64,000 nt of DNA, taken from NCBI GenBank assembly GCA_963755595.1, contig CAVWKP010000024.1:87525-151524 (forward strand), in the 5' to 3' direction. Positions 52,333-62,091 of this stretch are shown piece by piece. A program made the translations under genes and the position numbers. The stretch comes from an uncultured Alphaproteobacteria bacterium (GTDB lineage: Bacteria; Pseudomonadota; Alphaproteobacteria; Reyranellales; Reyranellaceae). The notes beneath the pieces are model-generated. The model worked only from the letters and a program-made list of their open reading frames with translations. It was not told the origin of the DNA and made no database searches. Numbering within the stretch: the first letter of the stretch is position 1; each line of letters begins with the position of its first letter.

Positions 52333-52719
52333 ATGGATATCCCGCCCTCGATCCGCACGTTCGAACGCATGCAGATCGTCGCCCTCGCCATCGGTTGGCT
52401 GAACGCCACCTACACCTATCGCACCGTGCTGCATGACCGGGTGAGCGCGTTCGTCTTCTCCACCGCTCTGACCACGGTGAGCGTCGTAGTCATGCTGCTG
52501 GTGTTCCTGATCTCGCGCCGCCGCAGCACCTGGGCCAAATGGCTGCTGATCGTGCTGTCGGCCGCGGCCACCGCGCCATGGGCCGCCCTGCTGCGCCACT
52601 CCGGCGTCGCCGACTGGGCGGGCGTGCTCGGGCTGTTCCAGGGCGGCCTGCAGATCGTCTCGCTGTTCTACCTGATCCACCCGGCCTCGCGGGCATGGTT
52701 CAGCACCGTGGAGGAGTAG
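52333..52719 (+). CDS. Hypothetical membrane protein
   Basis: Four hydrophobic helices; RRRSTWAKW and PASRAWF. Confidence 0.65.
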   Translation: MDIPPSIRTFERMQIVALAIGWLNATYTYRTVLHDRVSAFVFSTALTTVSVVVMLLVFLISRRRSTWAKWLLIVLSAAATAPWAALLRHSGVADWAGVLGLFQGGLQIVSLFYLIHPASRAWFSTVEE

Positions 52720-52829
52720 TCGCCCTGCGCCGTGATCGGCCGCGCGAGCGACAGGCAGAAAGCAAGAGTACACGATCGCACGCGACGTCTATCTCGACAG
52801 CTGCCGGCAGCTCAGACCCGGCCGACGCG

Positions 52830-53104
52830 CCGGCGAGGTCTACGACTTCGTGGTCAGGCGCTTCGCCAAGGAAGGCCTCGACTATCACCACATGATCGCC
52901 GGCCACTCAGTCGGCGCCTGGTGGCATCAGCAGGAGCCGGTGATCTCGCGCGACAACCCGCGCCTGCTCGAGGACGGCATGGTGATCGCCATGGAGCCGC
53001 ACCTCGGCCACTGGCACATCCAGGACATGTGGGTGGTCCGGCCGAACGGGCCGGAATTGATCTCGGCGAAGATGTCGACGGAACGGATCTTTGAGTGCCA
53101 CTAA
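52830..53104 (+). pseudogene. C-terminal remnant of an M24 (Xaa-Pro peptidase-like) protein
   Basis: GHSVG..HQQEP..LEDGMVIAMEP..HIQD motifs present; the N-terminal part is absent. Confidence 0.6.
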
Positions 53105-53117
53105 GCCACTGACGGGC

Positions 53118-54197
53118 TCAGCGTGCCGGGTCGGGCCTCGGTTGCGGGCGCAGCAGGGTCACGACCTGAAGGCCGAGCCAGTGCAGGCCGACGGACAGGA
53201 GCACGATGATGGGGAACGACACGATGGCCGCGCCGACATTGCCCAGCGTCGTTTCCGGGAAGACGCGCAGCGAGAATTCGCGCACTGGGTAGTGCAGGAT
53301 ATAGAACTCATAGGAATAGAAGCCGAGCAGCGCCAGCCAGCGTAACGGCGCCGCGCGTACCGTAACGTTGGAAAGCCGCACCACCAGCAGGCCGGCCAGC
53401 AGCGCAATCAGCGAATAACCCCAGACATATTGCGCGGCACCCGGCGTGCCCAGGAACGGCAGCCAGAACGCGCCATCGCGCGTGCCGGTGGTGGCCCAGC
53501 CGAGCGCGACCATGGCAGCGAGCATCAGCGCGATCGCCGTCCAGCTCGCGAAGCGCTCGAGCCGCTCGCGATGCATGCAGAGCAGCGCGCCGACCGCAAA
53601 GGCGTCGAGCTGGGTGAAACCCGCGACATAGACGGCAATGCTGCGCTCCTCCTCCGGGCGCGCCAGCAGATGGGCAAAGCCCCAGCGGATCAGCGGCGCG
53701 CTCAGCACCACGGCGATCAGCGCGGGCGTCGCGCGGCGGCGCCACAGGACGATCAGGAACGGGAAAACGAGATAGAACTGCTCCTCGACACCCAGCGACC
53801 AGGTATGGGTGAGCAGCCGCGAGTGCAGGTAGCTCGGCAACAGATGATAGAAATTGGTGGTGAAGGTTAGGGACGCGATCCAGCCTTTGATGTGCACCGG
53901 ATAGCGCAGGAAGATGTACGGCGCGATCAGCACTAGATAGATGTAGAGCGGCGGCAGGATCCGCCGAATGCGCCGGCCGTAGAAGGCGAGGATGCGTTGG
54001 CGCGGCGCGCCGGGCCGGCTTTCGATAGACTGCGTGATCAGATATCCACTGATCACGAAAAAGACCTGAACGCCCAGCCAACCCGGCTCGAACAACCGGA
54101 AATGGTACAAAAAAACCATCAGGGCCGACAGCGCCCGCAGGATATCGAGGCCGGGGTTGCGGCCGGTGGCAGTGGTGGTCACGTCGAGGACCTTCAT
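53118..54197 (-). CDS. Acyltransferase-3 (OafA-like) membrane O-acyltransferase
   Basis: LDILRALS, GVQVFFVISGYLIT, RRIRRILP and HTWSLGVEEQFY. Confidence 0.88.
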   Translation of the reverse strand: MKVLDVTTTATGRNPGLDILRALSALMVFLYHFRLFEPGWLGVQVFFVISGYLITQSIESRPGAPRQRILAFYGRRIRRILPPLYIYLVLIAPYIFLRYPVHIKGWIASLTFTTNFYHLLPSYLHSRLLTHTWSLGVEEQFYLVFPFLIVLWRRRATPALIAVVLSAPLIRWGFAHLLARPEEERSIAVYVAGFTQLDAFAVGALLCMHRERLERFASWTAIALMLAAMVALGWATTGTRDGAFWLPFLGTPGAAQYVWGYSLIALLAGLLVVRLSNVTVRAAPLRWLALLGFYSYEFYILHYPVREFSLRVFPETTLGNVGAAIVSFPIIVLLSVGLHWLGLQVVTLLRPQPRPDPAR

Positions 54198-54424
54198 GCC
54201 GCGCCCGCCGCCGCCGTGGCAAGTCCCTTGCGGAGGTGCCTGCGTCGGCCCATATGATGTTACCTGCGCCCTGACCCGATCCACTCTCCTCAAAAAGTCG
54301 TTCGCGACGAGCTGGCGTTGCTGCGCCGGCTGGCGCTCGATCGCCGCGACGCCTCCACCCGTCTGCCGATCCTGCGGCGCACCGGCCCGCAGGCTCCGCA
54401 CATCAAGCCAAAAGTGGAAAAGGC

Positions 54425-54715
54425 ATGAGCATCGCCCCCAAGCCCAGCTCCCCCACCCTCAGCGAAAACGAGGAAGTGACGCTGCGCCGCGTCGCCTTCG
54501 GCCAGTCCGAGGTGCGCGCGATGCGCGCGCCGGACCTCGCCCAGCTGCGGCGGTTGCGGCTGATCGAGAACGGCAAGGACGGCCGCCCGCAGCTCACCGC
54601 CGACGGCAAGAAATGCTTCGAGGCGCTGCCCCGCCCAATGACGCTGAGCGAGCTGAAAGGCGCCGACGACTTCCTCACCGCGATGGCGAAGCCGGTCGAC
54701 CGCACGCGGCGCTAG
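54425..54715 (+). CDS. Hypothetical protein (winged-helix-like)
   Basis: LSENEEVTLRRVAFG...LTADGK; host-like codon usage. Confidence 0.55.
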   Translation: MSIAPKPSSPTLSENEEVTLRRVAFGQSEVRAMRAPDLAQLRRLRLIENGKDGRPQLTADGKKCFEALPRPMTLSELKGADDFLTAMAKPVDRTRR

Positions 54716-54850
54716 CCGGTCTCCAGACAAGCAAAAGCCCCGTCACCCTGCCACTGACGTGGCGAGGTGCGGGGCTCCCGCATCATCCCTTCAGCCGCGG
54801 CCGCCGGTACATCCGCGGTCGACCGAGCGAAAGGAACGATCAGCCGGCGA

Positions 54851-55063
54851 TCAGCCGACTGCCTTCAAGTTGTCAGCCGACATCTTGCCGCTGCGGCGAT
54901 CGGTGACCAGCTCGAACTCGAGCTTTTGGCCCTCGCTCAAGTTGGAGAGGCCGGCGCGCTCGACGGCGCTGATATGGACGAAGGCGTCCTTGCCGCCATC
55001 ATCGGGTTGAATGAAGCCGAAGCCCTTAGTGGCGTTGAACCACTTAACGGTTCCCGTAGCCAT
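54851..55063 (-). CDS. Cold-shock protein (CspA family)
   Basis: GTVKWFN.KGFGFI and FVHISA (RNP1/RNP2). Confidence 0.95.
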   Translation of the reverse strand: MATGTVKWFNATKGFGFIQPDDGGKDAFVHISAVERAGLSNLSEGQKLEFELVTDRRSGKMSADNLKAVG

Positions 55064-55252
55064 GGGAAGTAACCTTTCACGTATAGATATGCTGCCCGCC
55101 CGCGGATGAGCCGTGGGCCGGCCGTCGAATGCGCACTTGTGTTCGGGGCAAGTCGATGGCGTGGCGCCGAACAAGTCGGGGGCACAGCCAAGTAGTTGTC
55201 CTTCTATCGACGGCCTTCATATGGGCGCTCCGGCAGCCCTTGGCAAGGACGA

Positions 55253-55549
55253 TTACGAGTGGTCAGCCAGGCGGTCGAAGTCGGCCAACACGGCGGCAAT
55301 CAGGCTTTTCAGCCGGGCATCGCCGCGGCCGGACGCCGCGTCGAGCAGGCCGAGCAGATAGCGCGCCTTGTCGGCAGCCTGCGACCAGTTCTCGGCAGGG
55401 TGTGCCAGCAGCCGGCGCTCCAGCTCGTCCTGGCGGCGGCGCAGGCCGGCGCGATCGGCCTCCACTTCGGCGGCCATCCGGCGGAGATCGGTGGCGTGCT
55501 GGGCAGCCATGCCGCGACGCGCGTCGAGATCGATCGGCTTGTCGGTCAT
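55253..55549 (-). CDS. Hypothetical protein
   Basis: MTDKPIDLDARRGMAAQHAT...AADKARYLL; GGAGGAG RBS. Confidence 0.65.
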   Translation of the reverse strand: MTDKPIDLDARRGMAAQHATDLRRMAAEVEADRAGLRRRQDELERRLLAHPAENWSQAADKARYLLGLLDAASGRGDARLKSLIAAVLADFDRLADHS

Positions 55550-55709
55550 GATCGGGCTCCTCCACCGCGATGCCGCGCGCCGGGCCGGCCGATGTCCAGC
55601 ACATTCGCTGCCGGCTACGACATATATGTCCGCCGCACCCCTGATAAACGCCGGCCGCAGGCCCCATTTCAAACGAGCCTTCCCCGCACTTCGAATAAGG
55701 CAAAGTGTC

Positions 55710-55967
55710 ATGTCAACGCGAACCACCGAGACGACGGTGACGTTCAGCCGCTCCTTCACGCTGTCGGCGGTCGACGGCGTGCTGCCCGCCGGCACCTACC
55801 GCGTCAGCATCGATGAGGAGGAGATCGAGGGTCTTTCGTTCCGCGCCTTCCAGCGCGTGTCGACGACGCTGCATCTTCCCGCCAATCCGGCGCCCGGGCG
55901 CAAGCGCGAGGTGGTCCAGGTCGATCCGCAAGAGCTTGCGGGCGCGCTGGCCGCCGACGCCGCTTAG
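55710..55967 (+). CDS. Hypothetical protein
   Basis: TVTFSRSFTL..LPAGTYRV..EEEIEGLSF. Confidence 0.65.
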   Translation: MSTRTTETTVTFSRSFTLSAVDGVLPAGTYRVSIDEEEIEGLSFRAFQRVSTTLHLPANPAPGRKREVVQVDPQELAGALAADAA

Positions 55968-55974
55968 GCGCGCG

Positions 55975-56496
55975 GTGTCGCTTGCCAGGCACCTGCCCGC
56001 GGGCTGCGCGCTGCGCCGCGCAACGGCCGAGGATGCGCGTCACGTCGACCGGCTGATGCGGCCTGCCGATCGTGCGGAAATCGAGGCACTGGAAGGACGG
56101 CCCGTGGCCGAGTTCCTCGCGGAGGCGATCGCAGATAGGTCGCGCGTGCTGACCATCGACCGTGAGCCCGTGGTGCTCTACGGCATCGCCGCCTGTGACG
56201 GCCTGCCCGGCCATTCGACGCCATGGCACGCCACGACGGCGACCATCGCGCATGAAGATCTGATGACGGTGATGTGGCTGTCGCGACTTCAGATCGACTT
56301 GTGGCACCGCCATTCGCCCACCTTGCAAGCACTGTGTGACAGCCGGAATTTCTTCCGTCGCGATTGGCTGGAATGGCTGGGCTTCGTCAAGGGTGGCCAC
56401 CTGGCGGCGTTTGGCGCAGCGCGCTTGCCGTTCGATCTCTACGTGCGCCGCGCCGGCCGCATCGATTGCAACTGCACCTGCGCAACACCATCTTGA
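55975..56496 (+). CDS. Hypothetical protein resembling podophage gp13-like/GNAT-fold proteins
   Basis: RRATAEDA..MRPADRAEIEA, V.YGI, PW and RN....WLEWLGF pattern. Confidence 0.45.
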   Translation: MSLARHLPAGCALRRATAEDARHVDRLMRPADRAEIEALEGRPVAEFLAEAIADRSRVLTIDREPVVLYGIAACDGLPGHSTPWHATTATIAHEDLMTVMWLSRLQIDLWHRHSPTLQALCDSRNFFRRDWLEWLGFVKGGHLAAFGAARLPFDLYVRRAGRIDCNCTCATPS

Positions 56497-56500
56497 AGCA

Positions 56501-57514
56501 GTGAACCCCTCGACAACGTCGGACCAGGAGCTGCGCCGCATTGCGGCCTCTTTTGCCCGTCCCAGTCGGCGGCAAGGACTCGTCCAGCTGCTCACGTCAT
56601 TCGGCCCGTTCCTTCTCTCCTGCGCCGCGATGTACGTGGCCTATCCGATCTCCGGGCTGCTCTCGCTTGCTCTCGCACTGCCCACCGGCATGCTGTTGGT
56701 GCGCATCTTCATCGTGCAGCACGATTGCGGCCATGGCTCGTTCTTCGCCTCGCGGCGCGCCAATCTGCAGGTCGGCCGGCTATGCAGCCTGCTCACGCTG
56801 ACGCCATTCGCCAATTGGGCCCATCAGCATGCCCTGCATCATGCCAACTGGAACAACCTCGAGCGCAGTGGCGGCAGCGACATCTATTCCGCCTGCCTCA
56901 CGGTGCGCGAGTATCTCGCGTTGTCACGCTGGCGCCGCCTGCTCTATCGCCTGCCGCGTCATCCGCTGGTCGCCAACATCGTGCTGCCGCCGCTGGTCTT
57001 CGTGTTGCTTTATCGGGTGCCGTTCGACACGCCGCGCGCCTGGGCGCGCGAGCGCTGGTCGGTGCACCTGACCAACGCCGCCCTGGTCGCGCTGTTCGGC
57101 ACGCTGGTCGTGCTGTTGGGCTGGCGCGAGGTGCTGATGGTGCATCTGCCGGTCATGGTGGTGGCCTCGATCCTGGGCGTCTGGCTGTTCTCCTTGCAGC
57201 ACCGCTTCGAGACGGCGCGCTGGACGGCGCGCGGCGACTGGAACTTCGTCGCGGCATCGCTCGACGGCTCGTCGTGGTTCCGCTTGCCGCGCCCCTTGCA
57301 CTGGCTGACCGGCAATATCGGCTTCCACCACGTCCATCATCTCAATCCGCACGTGCCCAATTACCGCCTGCGCGCCGTGCACGACGCCGTGCAGCCGCTG
57401 CGCCCGACGCCGCCGCTCAGTCTGCGGCGGGGACTTGCCGCGCCCTGGCTCACGCTCTGGGACGAGGCCACCGGACGATTAGTGCGCTTCCGCGACGCCC
57501 GTCTGCCGGCGTAG
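56501..57514 (+). CDS. Membrane fatty acid desaturase (copy 1)
   Basis: His boxes QHDCGH, HALHH and FHHVHH. Confidence 0.9.
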   Translation: MNPSTTSDQELRRIAASFARPSRRQGLVQLLTSFGPFLLSCAAMYVAYPISGLLSLALALPTGMLLVRIFIVQHDCGHGSFFASRRANLQVGRLCSLLTLTPFANWAHQHALHHANWNNLERSGGSDIYSACLTVREYLALSRWRRLLYRLPRHPLVANIVLPPLVFVLLYRVPFDTPRAWARERWSVHLTNAALVALFGTLVVLLGWREVLMVHLPVMVVASILGVWLFSLQHRFETARWTARGDWNFVAASLDGSSWFRLPRPLHWLTGNIGFHHVHHLNPHVPNYRLRAVHDAVQPLRPTPPLSLRRGLAAPWLTLWDEATGRLVRFRDARLPA

Positions 57515-57578
57515 AGACGGAGGCGGGCAGTCGACCTTGGGTTGCAAGAGCCCCGGCCATCGGCCATGTTGAGGCATA

Positions 57579-58619
57579 GTGACTTCCTCGACCACGGCCG
57601 ACCAAGAGCTGCGTCGTATTGCGGCCTCTTATGCCCACTCAAGCCACCAGACTGGACTGCTCCAGCTTCTGACGTCGTTCGGGCCCTTCCTCCTCTTCTG
57701 CGCCGCGATGTACGCGGTCTATCCGATCTCCGGACCGCTCTCGCTCGCGCTCGCACTGCCCACCGGCATGCTGCTGGTTCGCATCTTCATCGTGCAGCAC
57801 GATTGCGGCCACGGCTCGTTCTTCGCCTCGCGACGCGCCAATCTGCTGGTCGGCCGACTATGCAGCCTGATCACCTTGACGCCGTTCGCCTACTACGCTC
57901 GCCAGCATGCCCTGCACCATGCCGATTGGAACAACCTCGAGCGCAGTGGCGGCAGTGACATCTATTCGGTCTGCCTGACGGTGCGCGAATATCTTGCACG
58001 CTCGCGCTGGCGCCGCCTGCTCTACCGCCTGCCGCGCCATCCGCTGGTTGCCAACATCGTGCTGCCGCCCCTGATCGTTCTGCTGCTCTTCCGCGTGCCC
58101 TTCGACACGCCACGCGCGTGGAAGCGCGAGCGCCGGTCGGTGTACCTCACCGACCTCGCCCTGGCCGCCCTGGTCAGTACGCTGGTCGCCCTGATGGGTT
58201 GGCGCGAGGTGCTGATGGTGCATTTGCCGGTCATCGTGGTGGCGTCGATTTTCGGGTTCTGGCTGGTCTCGCTGCAGCATCGCTTCGAGACGGCGCGCTG
58301 GATGGCACGCAGCGACTGGGACTTCATCGCGGCGTCACTCGACGGCTCGTCGTGGTTTCGCCTGCCGCGCGCCTTGCACTGGTTGACCGGCAATATCGGC
58401 TTCCATCACGTCCATCATCTCAATCCACACGTGCCCAATTACCGCCTGCACGCCGCGCATGATGCACTGCAAGCATTACGGCCGACCGAGCCGCTCAGCC
58501 TGCGCCTCGGGCTCGCCGCGCCCTCGCTCACGCTATGGGACGAGGCCACCGGGCGGTTGGTGCGCTTCCGCGACGCCCGCCCGCTGGCGCCGTTGGACGC
58601 GCCCGGCGCCGGGGTGTAG
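57579..58619 (+). CDS. Membrane fatty acid desaturase (copy 2, tandem duplicate)
   Basis: Same His boxes; co-linear with and highly similar to copy 1. Confidence 0.9.
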   Translation: MTSSTTADQELRRIAASYAHSSHQTGLLQLLTSFGPFLLFCAAMYAVYPISGPLSLALALPTGMLLVRIFIVQHDCGHGSFFASRRANLLVGRLCSLITLTPFAYYARQHALHHADWNNLERSGGSDIYSVCLTVREYLARSRWRRLLYRLPRHPLVANIVLPPLIVLLLFRVPFDTPRAWKRERRSVYLTDLALAALVSTLVALMGWREVLMVHLPVIVVASIFGFWLVSLQHRFETARWMARSDWDFIAASLDGSSWFRLPRALHWLTGNIGFHHVHHLNPHVPNYRLHAAHDALQALRPTEPLSLRLGLAAPSLTLWDEATGRLVRFRDARPLAPLDAPGAGV

Positions 58620-58829
58620 AGCTACCGCATCATCGCCCGAGGATACCCGGCGGCGATGGCTGAGAGATGCGTGTGCTCCCGCCCAAAGCGAGGTGCACAA
58701 TGAAGACGCTCCCGGACTGGCTCGTTCCGCCGGTCCTGTTCCCTGCTTTCCTGATCCTGCTTGTCGTGGCTTACGCAACCTTGCGTACGCCCAACTGAGG
58801 CCGCGTCTCTGCGGCCCGAAAGGACTCGT

Positions 58830-59189
58830 ATGTTACCTGCAAACACCAGCGCCTATCTGTGGGGCGCCTTCGGCGGCGCCGTCATCGTTGCCGTCGTCGG
58901 GTTCAGCTGGGGAGGCTGGACGACCGCCGGCACCGCCCAACGCAACGCCTCGACCGCTGCTCACGACGCCGTCGTGGCCGCCCTCGCGCCGATTTGCGTC
59001 GACCGGTTCCAAGGCCAAACCGACGCCGCCGCCAGGACTGCCGATCTCGCCAAGACCAGCACCTGGGAACGCGGCGCCGTCATCGAGAAGAGCGGCTTTG
59101 CCACCATGCCCGGCGCCAAGTCCGCCGACTTAGACGTGGCGCGTGCCTGTGCGGCGATCCTGGCCAACCCGCCGACGCCCAAGACCTGA
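58830..59189 (+). CDS. Hypothetical membrane-anchored protein
   Basis: VVGFSWGGW, ALAPICVDRF and VARACA. Confidence 0.65.
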   Translation: MLPANTSAYLWGAFGGAVIVAVVGFSWGGWTTAGTAQRNASTAAHDAVVAALAPICVDRFQGQTDAAARTADLAKTSTWERGAVIEKSGFATMPGAKSADLDVARACAAILANPPTPKT

Positions 59190-59252
59190 GCGAGCACCCC
59201 AGCGTTTGAACCCTGCCCGCCGCTGCGGGCGAGGCCGGATGGAGGCCGGCAC

Positions 59253-59561
59253 ATGCAATACCTCGGAGTCATTCGCGGCGCCGGCACATTGGGGGCCGAC
59301 GACGGCAACATCTTCGGCCGCGCCGAATACGACATCGACGGGTTTCTCACCCAGGCCCGCGAGGTCGTGGCCTCGGGCGAGCTGCGCATGTCCGCCCAGG
59401 ACCTGAACAACGCCTTCGGGCGCAATGACTTGCGCCTGAGGACCGACGACGGACGGACCCTGCACGTACGGTTCAGCGGCAAGCGGCTGAACCCCGCGGG
59501 CGGTGCCGCCCATGCCGACGTCAGTGGCGAGCTGCCCACCGCGAAGCAGTGGCGGCGCTAG
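59253..59561 (+). CDS. Hypothetical protein (paralog of 50312-50617)
   Basis: GRAEYDIDGF, VASGELRM and NAFGRNDLRLRTDDGR; GGAGG RBS. Confidence 0.7.
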   Translation: MQYLGVIRGAGTLGADDGNIFGRAEYDIDGFLTQAREVVASGELRMSAQDLNNAFGRNDLRLRTDDGRTLHVRFSGKRLNPAGGAAHADVSGELPTAKQWRR

Positions 59562-59640
59562 CCGCCTAGGGGGCCGGTCCTCCTTCCGGACCGTCGAAAC
59601 CGGTCGACAAGCTGCGCCATACCGTCAGAATCAGGCGTGG

Positions 59641-62091
59641 ATGGCCGGTATCATGCGAGCTACTGCCTCTGCTGCGATGTCCCACACGTCGACCTATCGG
59701 GCGACGCTGGCCATTATCGGCATCTACGCCGCGCTGACGCTGGCGCTGCTGACGGTGTGCCGCCAGCCGGGCCCCGAGATGCCCGGCTTCAACGCGGCTT
59801 TCGGCGCCGGCGTGTTCGTGGCCGACCTCGCGACGTGCTTCCTGCTGCTGATCCTGTTCCGCCAGACCCTGCAGGCCTCGGTGCTGGTGCTGGCGGGCGC
59901 CTTCCTGTTCTCGGCGCTGATGGCCGTCGCCTATCTGCTGGCCTATCCCGGCGCGGTGACGGCCGGGCGTTCGCTGGTCGGCTCCGGCCAGACCATCTCC
60001 TGGGTCTACAATTGCTGGATCGCGGGCTTTGCGCTGGTGTGCCTGGCGGCCTGCGCCCTCGAGGCGTGGGGTAACGACTACAAGCTCCACGGCCTGTCGC
60101 CGCGCGTGGCGGCGGCGTTTGCCGCGACCGTCGCCTTTCTGTTGTCGCTGATCGTGCTGATCGTGGCCGCGGCGTGGGGCGATCGTCTGCCGATGCTGTC
60201 CAGCGGCGCCACTTGGACGCCACTCAATGCCATCGTCAACTACAGCGGCGTGATCGTGCTGGTCGCCAGCGTCGCCATCGTCTTCCTGTCGATCGGCGCG
60301 CGCAGCGACCTCTTCCTGTGGCTGAGCCTGGCCCTGGCGGCGATGGCGTTGGGCAACGTGCTCTCTGTCGCCGGCGGCGGGCGCTACACCGTCGGCTGGT
60401 ATGCCTGCCGGCTGAGCTGGGGCGCCTCGGCCTGCGTGATGCTGCTCTATTTCATGGCCCAGTTCGTGCGCCAACATGGCCAGCTCGAGCGCACTACCGG
60501 CGACCTCGCGGAGCGCACGCGCGAGCGCGACCGCATCTGGAGCGTGTCCGAGGATCTGTTGGGCGTCTCGACCTTCGAGGGCTATTTCGTCGCCATGAAC
60601 CCCGCCTGGCGGCGCGTGCTGGGCTGGAGCGAGGCCGAGATCAAGTCGATGCACGTCGATGCGCTGCGCCATCCCGACGATGCCGCGCATTCCCGCGCCG
60701 GCCGGGCGCGGCTGGCGGAAGGCGTGCCGACGGTGCGCATGGAGAACCGCTTCCGCCACAAGGACGGCAGCTGGCGCTGGATCGCCTGGACCATGACCGC
60801 CGACCAGGGGCTGATCTATGTCGCGGGCCGCCACGTGACGGCGGAGAAAGAAGCGCAGGAGGCCCTGCGCAAGGCCGAAGCCGATGCCGCGCACCGCCAG
60901 AAGATGGAGGCGCTCGGCCAGCTCACCGGCGGCGTGGCGCACGACTTCAACAACCTTTTGATGGTGGTGGCGGGCTTCGTGCCGCGGGTGAAGGACGCGG
61001 TGGTTCACGACGAGAAGGCGACGGAAGCAGCGCTTGCGATCGAGATCGCCGCCCAGCGCGGCGCAGCACTGACCCGCCAGCTGCTCTCCTTCTCGCGCCG
61101 CCAGCCGATCAACCCCGTGGTGGTCGATATCGGCGCGCGCATCGAGGCGCTGAGGCCGCTGCTCACCAGCACAGTCGGCCCGTTCGTCGACCTGCAGCTC
61201 AAGATCGCGCCCGACCTGTGGCCGGCCTGCATCGACGTCAACGAGTTCGAGCTGGCACTGCTGAACCTGGTGTTGAACGCGCGCGATGCGGTGGCACAGA
61301 AGGGCTCGATCAGCATCGTCGCGCAGAACCGCAAGGTTGCGACCGCGGACACGCCGGACAAGCTGCAGGGCGAGTTCGCCACCGTGGCGGTCGTCGATAC
61401 CGGCCACGGCATCGCGCCGGACATCCTGCCCAAGGTGTTCGACCCTTTCTTCACCACCAAGCAAATGAAGGGCACCGGACTTGGCCTCTCGCAGGTCCAT
61501 GGGTTCACGCGACAGTCGGGCGGCACCGCGGTGATCGACAGCACGCCGGGGCGCGGCACCAGCGTGACGCTTTACCTGCCGCGCAGCGTCGCCCTGCCCG
61601 ACCGCCCGGTGGCGGCCAAGCAGCAGCCGTCGGCCGGCGGCACGGCGCTGCTGGTCGAGGACAATGCCAGCGTGGCCGCCGTCACGCGCGACATGCTGAT
61701 GCAGCTAGGCTACGCCGTGCACACCGCCAGCAGTGCCCGGCGCGCGCTCGAGCTGTCGGACTGCCACGCCTTCGACCTGGTGCTGAGCGACATCGTCATG
61801 CCCGGCACCATGAACGGCATCGAGCTCGCCCGCACGATCCGTGCCCGCAAGCCCACTCTGCCGATCGTGCTGGTGAGCGGCTATGCCGGCTCGGCAAGCG
61901 GCGCCGGGCCTGAGTTCACCGTGCTGCGCAAGCCCTATCGCTTCAGCGACCTGCGCGAGGCGATTTCCCGGGTTTCAGCCGCGACCCGCAAGCGCGCGGT
62001 TCTCCAGCCGGCTCAACAGCCGCACCATCGGCCACAGGATCAGGAAATAGATCACCGCCGCCATCACGATCGGCGTGGGATTGAAGCGTGA
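59641..62091 (+). CDS. Hybrid sensor histidine kinase (MASE4-like membrane domain, PAS, HisKA, HATPase, REC)
   Basis: RYTVGWY, HPDD/HKDGSWRW PAS, GGVAHDFNNLL, NARDA, DTGHG, PFFTTK, GLGL and LSDIVMPG. The 3' end overlaps the convergent gene and may be over-extended. Confidence 0.88.
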   Translation: MAGIMRATASAAMSHTSTYRATLAIIGIYAALTLALLTVCRQPGPEMPGFNAAFGAGVFVADLATCFLLLILFRQTLQASVLVLAGAFLFSALMAVAYLLAYPGAVTAGRSLVGSGQTISWVYNCWIAGFALVCLAACALEAWGNDYKLHGLSPRVAAAFAATVAFLLSLIVLIVAAAWGDRLPMLSSGATWTPLNAIVNYSGVIVLVASVAIVFLSIGARSDLFLWLSLALAAMALGNVLSVAGGGRYTVGWYACRLSWGASACVMLLYFMAQFVRQHGQLERTTGDLAERTRERDRIWSVSEDLLGVSTFEGYFVAMNPAWRRVLGWSEAEIKSMHVDALRHPDDAAHSRAGRARLAEGVPTVRMENRFRHKDGSWRWIAWTMTADQGLIYVAGRHVTAEKEAQEALRKAEADAAHRQKMEALGQLTGGVAHDFNNLLMVVAGFVPRVKDAVVHDEKATEAALAIEIAAQRGAALTRQLLSFSRRQPINPVVVDIGARIEALRPLLTSTVGPFVDLQLKIAPDLWPACIDVNEFELALLNLVLNARDAVAQKGSISIVAQNRKVATADTPDKLQGEFATVAVVDTGHGIAPDILPKVFDPFFTTKQMKGTGLGLSQVHGFTRQSGGTAVIDSTPGRGTSVTLYLPRSVALPDRPVAAKQQPSAGGTALLVEDNASVAAVTRDMLMQLGYAVHTASSARRALELSDCHAFDLVLSDIVMPGTMNGIELARTIRARKPTLPIVLVSGYAGSASGAGPEFTVLRKPYRFSDLREAISRVSAATRKRAVLQPAQQPHHRPQDQEIDHRRHHDRRGIEA

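Noticed and set aside
61975-62091. Apparent ~115-bp convergent overlap between the kinase and the permease
   Set aside because: The kinase tail beyond the REC domain reads like antisense of the permease and may come from an indel; it cannot be supported as biological.
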